The notes beneath the pieces are model-generated. The model was not told the DNA's origin. It saw only the letters and a program-made list of their open reading frames with translations, and did no database searches. A stretch of 63,799 nucleotides of DNA, the filler included, from Octopus bimaculoides (Eukaryota): the NCBI RefSeq assembly GCF_001194135.2. It is 4 parts of 3 records of this genome, joined end to end, with 100 filler letters (N's around TTAATTAATTAA, not from the genome) between each part and the next. Parts side by side here need not be neighbours in the genome. Positions count along the whole stretch, not along the records: positions 39,116 to 59,079 come from NC_068984.1; positions 59,180 to 63,799 come from NW_026413764.1; 2 more parts are not named here. One strand, written 5' to 3'. The position numbers and the translations under genes were made by a program. This document shows, piece by piece, positions 54,608-63,799 of the stretch; position 1 is the first letter of the stretch, and every line of letters starts with the position of its first letter.

Positions 54608-56722
54608 TTTTGGATTTACAATGGTAGCTTTAGTTTCATGCGAGAATATCGCGATTATCTAGCGTTTCCACTTACGACAAAAAAATGTTGATTACCCGTT
54701 TCCGTTTTGGATAAAGCTAGGTGAGGCTACTAACTTTTTTAAATGATAATCTCACGTATGCACATGAAACTAATGGTAGCATTGTAAATCCACAAATGTA
54801 AGATGTATTTTTTACAAATACAAAGAAAAGTGCTCCTTACTTCCAGCAGGTGATATAAACTAGAATAGTGATGACGAGTGCTACGATAGAGATCCAACAG
54901 CCAATCGTTGTTATCAACTGGATTGCATGTGTCGTTTGGACATCAGTCTGTTGTTAAACAATAAAGAAATATAAATATAAATGTAAATAGTGTTGACATT
55001 TGTAACACGTTCTGCCTTCCATACATTTCCTCACTACAAACATCGTAATTCTGACATAATCAGGTATTTAGAAATTATGCAATAACAGGTCGCGGTCTCA
55101 AAGCGACGAAAATATTTTGACAAATTAAATTTAAATGTTGAAGTGAATCTAACGGCTTTTGTGTGTTATTTTAAATGGCTTATAAACACCTTCCACGCTG
55201 CAATTGTTTTCGTTCCAGCACACGATCTCAGATCAGGTCACTTGCTATGCAAGTACATCTCCGCAATAACAATTTATTAGATAATTTAGAACACTAGTAA
55301 TAGTTATTATAGTGGTAGTAGCTCTTTTAGGATTGATAGTAATTTTCCCTTTGCAATGAAGGGCTGTATCCGAAACATCAGATTCCTCCTCATTCTCCTG
55401 ACATACTGACTTAGCTAACTATGTGAACATTTTATTTTTATTATTTGTCAACACAAACTGATCAGTAGTTTAATAGGATTCTGCTGTTTCACTAGTAGAT
55501 TATCTTTTGAAGCTTGCTTCCGAAAATCATGATTCTGGGTTCAGTTCCTCTGTGTCTTCTACTATAGCCTCGGTCCGAACAAAGCCGTGAGTGGATTTGG
55601 CGGACGGAAACTGAAAGAAGCCCTGTGTGTGTCTTTGTGTCTGTATTTGTCCTTCACCGCTGCTTGACAACCGGTGTTGGTGTGTTTACATCCCCGTAAC
55701 TTAGCGATTCGAGACCGATCGAATAAGTACCAAGCATTAAAAGAAAACAAACAAGAACCTGGTCGATTCATTCGACTAAAAATTCTTCAAGGTTGTCCTC
55801 CAGCATGGCTGCAGTATAATGACTGAAAAAAGTGAACGATAAAAGGAAGATCTGTTTGTTTCACCGATGAGTATTCAGCCGTTCAATTAACTTAGTAACC
55901 TACTCAGTGAATTAACATATAAATGTCAGAGTATCCCACAGACAAATGTACTCTTAACCCTTTGCCCGTCTAAAGTATTTTTATGTTTGTCTTAGATGTC
56001 TGTGGTTATTTTCATTTCAGTTAGCCTTTGGTTTATACGTTCTGAATAAGATAATATTTCCTTCCGTCGACCCAAGTTACTCTGGTGGTTGAAAAAATTT
56101 GAATGTGTATCATATATGATGCATGGATGCCAGGAAAAATATTTTCTGCGCGTTACATGTGATACACAGGACAGGCAACGGATGGATGTAATTTTCAGGT
56201 GGAAGCTGAGTAACACAGTGTGACAAAGTAAGACTTTTAAATTACACGTACAATCAATCCGGCAAGATTCCACATAGTTTCCGTCCACTAAACTTCACTC
56301 ACGTAGCTTATATCGATCCAAAGCTGTGATCAAAGATACTTGCTTAAGATGTGAGGCATTAAGAATGCATCTGGTACCTCTTTGATTACGAATCAAGCTT
56401 CTTAATCATTTGGTTTCGCTGCGTTAATGTGTGAGAAATTACAATATTTCTTTCTGATCCAGGTACATGGCCTAACATTTTGTGGGAGGGGAGTAGTCGA
56501 TTACATCGACCCCAGTGCTGAACTGGTACATATCTTATCGACCCTGAAAAATAAAGTTGACCTCGTGGGAAAGTACAATATTAAAAACAAGCTTTCAAAC
56601 TTACCCACGGATTCATCAGAATGGCAAAATTTGTAAGATGGTTGCAGGCACATCTTGTAAACGTGGAGTTCGTTGAATTCACGGTACACCCTTCTCTGGA
56701 CCAGCCTCCTCCAGTTGTGTTT
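41909..56722 (-). CDS. Adhesion GPCR (class B2, GPS + 7TM), partial 8-exon gene model: join(56722-56605,54947-54841,54416-54299,52112-51959,51193-51124,49062-48996,45292-45195,42035-41909)
   Basis: Manual splicing gives a stop-free frame with GT-AG ends and matching phases at all 7 junctions. Translation: [286 protein letters not shown]. The orthologue cannot be assigned by eye. Confidence 0.95.
44870..44998 (+). mobile_element. SINE family A, middle fragment
   Basis: gcttgacaaccgatg...gcggttcggcaaaagagacc...ggcttacaaagaat matches 39580-39675. Confidence 0.78.
45195..45292 (-). CDS. aGPCR exon: TM5 end-ICL3 (98 nt)
   Basis: cag|GCG AAC ... ATA AG|gtaagc. [14 protein letters not shown] continues TM5; phases 0 and 2 fit the neighbouring exons. 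Confidence 0.88.
45780..47225 (+). mobile_element. Decayed Penelope-like retroelement (RT + GIY-YIG remnants)
   Basis: Motifs in order: [13 protein letters not shown] (from 45866), [36 protein letters not shown]......LYIGET (about 47165-47221). Many stops and frameshifts. Confidence 0.85.
48193..48413 (-). mobile_element. SINE family B
   Basis: Reverse complement of 19460-19675. Confidence 0.85.
48996..49062 (-). CDS. aGPCR exon: ECL2 CWL-TM5 (copy b, intact, 67 nt)
   Basis: cag|T TGC TGG ... ATC ATT|gtaatt. Encodes [22 protein letters not shown]. Confidence 0.93.
50141..50182 (-). ncRNA. Minimal type I hammerhead ribozyme-like motif with U3-A8 core
   Basis: Minus strand reads CAG-UUGAAAA-GAUC(UCAAG)GAUC-GAAA-CCGG-UA-CUG. 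This gives stem I CAG/CUG, a 4-bp stem II, GAAA, a palindromic CCGG stem III and a GUA cleavage triplet. Confidence 0.6.
50381..50447 (-). pseudogene. Duplicate ECL2/TM5 exon (copy a) with in-frame TAA
   Basis: cag|T TGC TGG TTA GAC AGA GCA AGT GGA TAA ATA TGG GCA CTC GTC GGT CCT GTC ATT GTA ATT ATC ATT|gtaatt. Same length, phases and splice sites as 48996-49062; stop at 50422-50420. Confidence 0.88.
51124..51193 (-). CDS. aGPCR exon: TM4 end-ECL2 (70 nt)
   Basis: tag|TT GCT CCA ... AAA TT|gtaagt. [10 protein letters not shown]...GFGNDKF precedes the CWL motif. Confidence 0.92.
51959..52112 (-). CDS. aGPCR exon: TM3-ICL2-TM4 start (154 nt)
   Basis: cag|GAT GTA TGT ... TGG C|gtaagt. C..TAILL.YFLL..F..MLAEG is the class B2 TM3 signature. 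Confidence 0.95.
52272..52433 (-). mobile_element. SINE family B
   Basis: atcgaccccgaaaggatgaaaggcaaagtcga...gaatttgaactcaga...ccagctcaccgcc. Confidence 0.8.
52779..52988 (-). mobile_element. L1/Tx1-like LINE ORF2 C-terminal remnant
   Basis: VWWTRLKG...FFKFHLEK then, after a frameshift, [21 protein letters not shown]...*. Resembles Tx1-type C-termini; family assignment is from memory. Confidence 0.5.
53178..53340 (-). mobile_element. SINE family B, diverged
   Basis: gaaaggatgaaaggcaaa...cggaatttgaactcagaa...gcccggcatgttaac. Confidence 0.75.
53500..54045 (+). mobile_element. R4/Dong-clade LINE, restriction-like endonuclease domain fragment and 3' end
   Basis: RPDIVIKD...C.LIDVSVP.D.NI...[10 protein letters not shown]; GALDMI...[15 protein letters not shown]. 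Bounded by (TAA)n runs. Confidence 0.82.
54299..54416 (-). CDS. aGPCR exon: ICL1-TM2-ECL1 (118 nt)
   Basis: tag|A CAC ... GAT AAG|gtaaga. [25 protein letters not shown] matches the NL...L....F..G..RT pattern. Confidence 0.93.
54841..54947 (-). CDS. aGPCR exon: TM1 (107 nt)
   Basis: cag|ACT GAT ... TGC TGG AA|gtaagg. [20 protein letters not shown] matches the class B2 TM1 pattern (GC.IS..L..T). Confidence 0.93.
55535..55835 (+). mobile_element. SINE family A, diverged copy
   Basis: ggttcagttcc, ctactatagcctcgg, gacggaaactgaaagaagccc and ccagcatggctgcagt in family order. Confidence 0.75.
56605..56722 (-). CDS. aGPCR exon: GPS motif and Stachel (118 nt)
   Basis: tag|A AAC ACA ... CCG TGG|gtaagt. 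Encodes W-x4-C...[13 protein letters not shown], the canonical GPS cleavage consensus. Confidence 0.95.
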
Positions 56723-56924
56723 CTATATTTATAAAATTTATATTTGGTAAAAATATCATTGATAATATCATAAGGGTATCAGAGAATTATTAGAATACTT
56801 AAATACTTACTTGACCTTAAATTATACCAGGTGTTTAAATTATACGTGGTGTTTTTCACTTTTGTAATACGTATTAGTTTACTGCTAATGAAGCCAGTAA
56901 TATCAATTTCAAGTTTTGGTTCAA

Positions 56925-57110
56925 GACCAGCAGTTTCGGGGGAGGGAGTAAATTGATTACATCGATCTCAGTGTTCAACTGGTACATATGTTATCGACCC
57001 CAAAAGGATGAAAGGCAAAGTCAACCTCGACGGAATTTGAACTCAGAACACGAAGACAGACGAAATGCTGCTCTGCATTTTACCTGGCGTGCTAGTGATT
57101 TTGCCAGCCT
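56925..57110 (-). mobile_element. SINE family B, diverged
   Basis: atcgacccc..aggatgaaaggcaaagtc..gaatttgaactcagaac. Confidence 0.75.
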
Positions 57111-57704
57111 TAATGAAACCAGTAATATTGACAAACTGCTTTGTTAATCATTAATATTCCCTTGCTTTCATATTAAACCATTATGGCTAATTTTCATTTA
57201 TAATTAATTAATAATAAACTAATAATAAACTAATAAAGGATTTCTGCAACTTGTACACGGTCACAAATTTTAGACGATTAGAATAGTACTTTATTTGATT
57301 AATCCCCGAAAGAGTAAAAGTAAAGTCGAAATCAGCGGTATTTGAACTCACAACATAGAGACGGACCCAAATATTGTAAGATATGTTATATGCCGTTCAA
57401 CCGAAAACAAAAACAAAGAAAAACAAACCCCAAAACAAACAAAAATAAAAAAAACAAGAAAAACAAAACGAAATTATTTATAAACGGATGTTCTATGTAG
57501 TCGCTCAGTATGCCAGAAACAACAACCAAATCTCGAAATCACTCCCGAGTTTCAAAAAGGAAGGACACATTGTATAACGTGGTTCCAGATAACACCATAA
57601 CAGGGTAGTCATATGTTGCAATGACTTTCATCATGTCTGCTCATTGAGGAATAATACGGGTTTACTGTTATATTAAACCCTTAATACTAGTTTAGTATTA
57701 TATA

Positions 57705-58259
57705 GATACCCGAACGTTTTTTGGCCAGCTGAAAGCAGTTTTGGTACAAACTTGGCGGACACATGTCTCGTGCCCAAATCTTCAGTGATAATGGACTGAA
57801 CTGATTAATCTGCACATCCTCTGATAATTCACAGGTGGTGATTCCCCTTCACAGCTGCTCACACATCTGCAATGTTTTTCTCAGTTCTGGTAGTAGCGGA
57901 TCTCCCAGAACGTTCGTCGATATCGACATTTTTTTAGGCTGCCTTGGAAACGTCTGAACCACTTGTATATTTGTGTGTAGGTCATATACTCCTCCCCATA
58001 CCCTTTCTGCGACTTTGCGTAGGCCTCTGAGCAGATATCGTCATGACAACTTTCTCTGTCATGGTCAATGCAACGATCATAAAGCTACACATCTTCCTTC
58101 CAAGCACTGCTGTAAACAGCGGACGTGAGCTAGAACGTTGAAACTTAGTGAACATGCACAGCAGAGTTTAAGGTCAATCTTTGCCCAGCGGCTTCACTCT
58201 GCATGCTTTAGCTTCGTTACTATTCCAACAGTCCAAATACTTACTGATCAGACCTCGTA
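57705..58259 (-). mobile_element. Mariner left arm: TIR plus decayed transposase N-terminus
   Basis: TA+CGAGGTCTGATCAGTAAGTATTTGGACTG TIR-like start, then EAY...YG...IYKWFRRFQ...DERSGR...RHVSAKFVPKLLS. Confidence 0.8.
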
Positions 58260-58270
58260 TATATACATAT

Positions 58271-58395
58271 ACTCTTTTACTCTTTTACTTGTTTCAGTCA
58301 TTTGACTGCGGCCATGCTGGAGCACTGCCTTTAGTCAAGCAAATCGATCCCAGGACTTATTCTTTGTAAGCCTAGTACTTATTCTATCGGTCTCT
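58271..58395 (-). mobile_element. SINE family A, 3' fragment between two mariner pieces
   Basis: cttttacttgtttcagtcatttgactgcggccatgctggagc...tattctatcggtctct. Confidence 0.8.
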
Positions 58396-58780
58396 TTGTT
58401 TCATCAGGACAATGCGCGACCCACACTGCAAAGATCATATCACAGAAGATCGAAGAGCTTGGCTGGGAAAAAATTCCTCATCCACCTTATTCTCCTGACC
58501 TTGCTCCTTCAGACTACCATGTGTTTCGTAGTTTACAGAATCACTTGGGGGACATAACTTTCGTAATCCAAGAGGAGGTTGAAACTGACATTTAAGAGTT
58601 CTTCGCTTTGAAACCAAGAGAATTTTACATTGATGGGATGAAAAAGCTTGTAAATAGATGGAAGGAAATCATAGATAATCAGGGAAAGTACATTGATGAT
58701 TAAATTTCAATTACATATAACATGTGATCACTTGTTTTCTTTATTCAAAATTTGGACAGAACTTATGGGATGACCTGATA
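58396..58780 (+). mobile_element. Mariner (DD34D) transposase C-terminal fragment with right TIR
   Basis: LFHQDNARP(fs)TAK...LGWEKIPHPPYSPDLAPSDYHVFRSLQNHL...KLVNRWKEII...GKYIDD* (stop 58701-58703). One frameshift and one internal stop. Ends ...cttatgggatgacctga+TA. Confidence 0.9.
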
Positions 58781-59079
58781 TATGTATATATGTATATATA
58801 TATGTATATGTATATATGTATATATATATGTATATAATACAAAGAATATATATACATGTATACACACATATATGTACATACTTACATCTACATGTGTATA
58901 TACATGCATATCAGGGTACAGGACGTTAGAACAATAAACTACAGACAACGGAACGAACACATAGGAAAACGGAAAGCCACTTGGAATATCCCTTCATCAG
59001 CTGTCTATATAAATATATGTACATACGTATATGTATATATATATGTACATGTATATATATGTATGTATATGTATATATA

Positions 59080-59179
59080 NNNNNNNNNNNNNNNNNNNNN
59101 NNNNNNNNNNNNNNNNNNNNNNNTTAATTAATTAANNNNNNNNNNNNNNNNNNNNNNNNNNNNNNNNNNNNNNNNNNNN
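59080..59179. other. Assembly linker N44-TTAATTAATTAA-N44
   Basis: Same structure as 18432-18531. Confidence 0.9.
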
Positions 59180-59214
<35 letters not shown>

Positions 59215-60286
59215 GAAAATGAAAAAATACAAAAAAAAGAAAATTAAAAATGGCGGTAGTCATTAACAGATAATTAAACAAATTAGTTCAAATAAACGAG
59301 ACATTATTAATATTATTGTTATTGTTTTGTATTTTTTTACTTCCTCAATAATTTTGTTATTGTAGATGGCAATTTGTGAACAATAGGAAAAGGTGCGGGC
59401 TTGAGTGTATGATTAAGAAGCCCGCTTTGCAACCGCATGGTTTCGAGTTCAATATTACCAGCCGTTCCGCTCTTTGGGATCAATGCCTTACAGCTTTGTG
59501 AATGAATCTGGTCACGGAAATTGCAGGAAAGGGCTTTCGTGCAGTTTTTGCTTACCAATACATACATAATGGATAACCCCGAGGCCAAAGAAATAAAAAC
59601 CCACAGTATGGTAGAAGCCATAGCCACTCATGTACGAAAGGCTTCCACACATCTTCCATCCACATAATTCGCTCAGAAGCCTTTGGTCAACCCGGACCTA
59701 TGAACAAAACCAATTTTTCGAAGGTGCCTCGCCCTGGGAACGAACCCAAAATTCCGTGGTTTCAAATCAAACTGCTTACCCACCCAGCCATACTTAAACT
59801 ATCGGCGGTTTTTGCTTCCTGGTTGCTACTCGGAGGGAAATTTCCACAAATTACTCTGTAACATGTTAAACATTTCCCACTTTTAGACCAATTATCTCAA
59901 AGCACATCATTAGGTCATTTGAGGTACTTTTCCTAATGCTTTTATTAATTATGCAATTAAATCGCGACCTAGAAATATCTAATCTGTTTACTCTGTGTAA
60001 AAATATGATAATTTGTGGGTACGGTTTGGGTGTACAACACTAATGATGCACGATTAAGAGGAACACGTATCTGTCGTTGCACCTTATCTGCAAATAAATA
60101 CCAAACGATCGTTCTTTCACTGAGTATGTAAATAAACTCAACAATTTTATTCTTAATTTCTTGAAATTACCTCCCCTTCTCCTTGATAGTCGCTCACAAT
60201 TGGCGTAAATGTTTATTTACTGTATCTCTAGATGAGAAATTTCAATAATAAAAATATTTATTATGTACAACCATTCAACGTATATT

Positions 60287-60343
<57 letters not shown>

Positions 60344-61772
60344 NNNNNNNNNNNNNNNNNNNNNNNNNNNNNNNNNNNNNNNNNNNNNNNNNNNNNNNNN
60401 NNNNNNNNNNNNNNNNNNNNNNNNNNNNNNNNNNNNNNNNNNNNNNNNNNNNNNNNNNNNNNNNNNNNNNNNNNNNNNNNNNNNNNNNNNNNNNNNNNNN
60501 NNNNNNNNNNNNNNNNNNNNNNNNNNNNNNNNNNNNNNNNNNNNNNNNNNNNNNNNNNNNNNNNNNNNNNNNNNNNNNNNNNNNNNNNNNNNNNNNNNNN
60601 NNNNNNNNNNNNNNNNNNNNNNNNNNNNNNNNNNNNNNNNNNNNNNNNNNNNNNNNNNNNNNNNNNNNNNNNNNNNNNNNNNNNNNNNNNNNNNNNNNNN
60701 NNNNNNNNNNNNNNNNNNNNNNNNNNNNNNNNNNNNNNNNNNNNNNNNNNNNNNNNNNNNNNNNNNNNNNNNNNNNNNNNNNNNNNNNNNNNNNNNNNNN
60801 NNNNNNNNNNNNNNNNNNNNNNNNNNNNNNNNNNNNNNNNNNNNNNNNNNNNNNNNNNNNNNNNNNNNNNNNNNNNNNNNNNNNNNNNNNNNNNNNNNNN
60901 NNNNNNNNNNNNNNNNNNNNNNNNNNNNNNNNNNNNNNNNNNNNNNNNNNNNNNNNNNNNNNNNNNNNNNNNNNNNNNNNNNNNCCATATCCACCACTAC
61001 AGTTACGATCATTACCACCACCACCACCATCACCACAACCAACAATTCCCCACCACCCAACAAGAACAACAAGAACAACAAAAACAATAACAACACCATC
61101 AACAACAATAACAGAGGTATGAGGAAGCAAGAAAGCTGTAAAGTTTCCTTAATCATTTGAAATACAACAATGGACAGACATGTATTGCAATTTCTCCTCG
61201 TCTGACGATGCATTTACAACAAAGAGAGCCATTCATGGCAGCAGATTACGTTACACAACACAGCACAGCATAAAACAAAAGAAAACAAAACAAAACAAAT
61301 AGCTTTGTACGAAAATACTCGTGCAATCTTATACAAACAAAGTAATATTCACGAACACCAGCCGCCCGCTCTACACACACGAAAAATTAAGAGAGTGGTC
61401 ATGAAAGCCATTGTTAATAAAGAAACTGTAACGAAATACCGGAGCGAAAAGAAAACTGTAGCTTTGTAATAAAAAGTAATAAAAGACTTAAGGACGNNNN
61501 NNNNNNNNNNNNNNNNNNNNNNNNNNNNNNNNNNNNNNNNNNNNNNNNNNNNNNNNNNNNNNNNNNNNNNNNNNNNNNNNNNNNNNNNNNNNNNNNNNNN
61601 NNNNNNNNNNNNNNNNNNNNNNNNNNNNNNNNNNNNNNNNNNNNNNNNNNNNNNNNNNNNNNNNNNNNNNNNNNNNNNNNNNNNNNNNNNNNNNNNNNNN
61701 NNNNNNNNNNNNNNNNNNNNNNNNNNNNNNNNNNNNNNNNNNNATATATATATACTTATTGAATTTATTTAC

Positions 61773-61923
61773 CGACACGGTTGTATATAGGATAAATGTG
61801 TTTGAAAACTGTGGTTTCTTTGGTTTGTTTGGGAACAAACAACACTTATGTTAGTGCTGTTGACATCGACGGATTGAATAGTACTGTCCAGGTGTCGAAA
61901 CCATAATGATAATTGTGGGGCAG
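61773..61923 (-). CDS. Possible upstream extracellular exon of the aGPCR (151 nt, phase 1 to 2)
   Basis: ccttcatcatcag|CT GCC CCA ... TGT CG|gtaaat. Open frame APQLSLWFRHLDSTIQSVDVNSTNISVVCSQTNQRNHSFQTHLSYIQPC with three N-x-S/T sequons in non-repetitive DNA. No recognisable domain match. Confidence 0.25.
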
Positions 61924-62009
61924 CTGATGATGAAGGTATGTTGGATTGTTAGTATGGCTGTTACTGTATATGTGGAATAGTATTATAACACATCCTTTTG
62001 ATATATATA

Positions 62010-62142
62010 TGACAGGCTTCTTTCAGTTTCCATCTACCAAATCCACCCACAAGTCTTTGGTCGCCTGAGGCTATAATAGAAGACACTTGCCCAAGTGGAA
62101 CTAGGTGGTTGCTAAGCAAGCTTGTTACCACACAGCCACGCC
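62010..62142 (-). mobile_element. SINE family A, 5' fragment
   Basis: ggcttctttcagtttcc...gaagacacttgcccaag...ttaccacacagccac. Confidence 0.75.
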
Positions 62143-62163
62143 TGCACATGTCTTTGCGTATCA

Positions 62164-62333
62164 GTATCTTATTTCTTTACTGCCCACAAGGGGCTACACA
62201 CAGAGGGGACAAACAAGGACAGACAAACGGATGAAAGGCAAAGTCGACCTCGGCAGAATTTGAACTCAGAACGTAGCGGCAGACGAAATATCGCTAAGCA
62301 TTTCGCCCGGCGTGCTAACGTTTCCGCCAGCTC
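62164..62333 (-). mobile_element. SINE family B with internal deletion
   Basis: Matches 48193-48413 except for 61 nt missing at a GGAT microhomology. Confidence 0.8.
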
Positions 62334-62689
62334 TGCACATCCGTGTCTGCCAACCTCGTTGGTGTCTCCATTTCAGCAATATCCTTCCTCTTTCGGCACC
62401 CGGATAATTGATTCTGCCCACCCGTAATACTTCCCGCACTACCACTCCCTTATCTCCTCACCCGTTTTTCTACATTTTTACCCCTCCGATATGACACATC
62501 CCATCTACACCCTTCTACACCCCCCCACCAGTACGCGCGCGCGCACACACCCCGCCGTTTCCTCCCACCCTCCGTACCCTTGAAAGAATTTCAAGACATG
62601 ATGACCTACTACCACCTAGCCACCGCCAACCACCTCCAAAAGACAATACTAGATCTGGTTACGACAGTCACACAAACTCTCTCGTCTCT

Positions 62690-62796
62690 CTCTTTCACAC
62701 ACATACACACATGTATATGTATATATATGTGTGTATATGTATTTACATATATATATACATGCATATGTATACATACACATATACATACACACACGA

Positions 62797-62835
<39 letters not shown>

Positions 62836-63147
62836 NNNNNNNNNNNNNNNNNNNNNNNNNNNNNNNNNNNNNNNNNNNNNNNNNNNNNNNNNNNNNNNNN
62901 NNNNNNNNNNNNNNNNNNNNNNNNNNNNNNNNNNNNNNNNNNNNNNNNNNNNNNNNNNNNNNNNNNNNNNNNNNNNNNNNNNNNNNNNNNNNNNNNNNNN
63001 NNNNNNNNNNNNNNNNNNNNNNNNNNNNNNNNNNNNNNNNNNNNNNNNNNNNNNNNNNNNNNNNNNNNNNNNNNNNNNNNNNGATAAGCTAACCATCACG
63101 CATACGCACACACATACATATACATACACGTGCGCAAACATTCCCAG

Positions 63148-63185
<38 letters not shown>

Positions 63186-63799
63186 ACAATTATATGCAAT
63201 CACACATACATATACATACATACACCTATGGGCACATATACAAGCATACATACAGAAACACACACATAAACGCAAACATACACTCGTTCACGTATTTATG
63301 ACCCACACACTAACATACATATCCACCCGTACTTACACACAGGTACACACGCCCACACACACGCGCGCGCGCGCACACACCCGCAAACACAGTCACTCAC
63401 ACACACAGGCACACACACGCATATGCACGCTCACACACAAACACCCAAGAAAACAATTGATATCTTAGCCTGTACGGCACCTACTCCAACTACCACCACC
63501 CGTACTAAACTTCGGGTGGATAGGGTTTGATTCTCCTCACCCCATCCTCACCTTTTTAATATTTACTTTGGATATTGTTTTTACTTATAAATGTTTTGTT
63601 TATTTTTCTCTTTAATTGTTGAATTTAACGTTTTTTGTTATCAAAATGGTGACGCTCTCCCTCTCACTCTGTCGGTCTGTCTGTCTCTCTCTCTGTCTCT
63701 CTCTCTGTCTCTCTCTCTTTCTGTCTCTCTGTCTCTCTCTATGTCTCTGTTTCTCTCTCTGTCTCTCTCCGTCTTCCATTCCTCTTTGTGTCTACCTTC
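62690..63799. repeat. (CA)/(TA)-rich degenerate repeat and terminal (TC)n
   Basis: Read directly; includes gap 62836-63082. Confidence 0.85.

Noticed and set aside
55353-55381. atga-aggg-ctgta-tcc-gaaac-atc hammerhead-like remnant
   Set aside because: The core reads GCAAUGA and stems are broken; at most a dead relic.
58985-59002. CTGATGA core on the minus strand
   Set aside because: No following stem II-GAAA-stem III, so not a complete hammerhead.
62580-62680. NHLQKTILDLVTT as a LINE endonuclease motif (PTH..G.TLDLV)
   Set aside because: A single weak motif with no supporting neighbours; not enough to annotate.

Overview
AT-rich, microsatellite-dense eukaryotic scaffold with many N gaps. 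The SINE/LINE content looks like a coleoid cephalopod, probably Octopus (inference from repeat types, not verified). The main content is a minus-strand, multi-exon adhesion GPCR gene (class B2) that the ORF track largely misses. Eight exons (56722->41909; 859 nt, about 286 aa) splice in frame with GT-AG sites. They encode a GPS motif with an intact HL|T autoproteolysis site, the Stachel peptide, and TM1 to most of TM7. The N-terminal extracellular exons and the end of TM7/C-tail were not confidently found. The most unusual part is the ~2.1-kb span between the TM4 and TM5 exons (49063-51123). It holds a second, stop-containing copy of the ECL2/TM5 exon whose intron flank is more conserved than the exon. 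It also holds a sense-strand minimal type I hammerhead-like motif with a compensatory U3-A8 core and a nested palindrome element. The rest is decayed mobile DNA: three tRNA-like SINE families, Penelope, CR1/L2, R4/Dong, Tx1-like, mariner and Chapaev-like remnants, plus simple repeats and assembly linkers. Almost all long ORFs in the supplied track are artefacts of low-complexity DNA or N runs.
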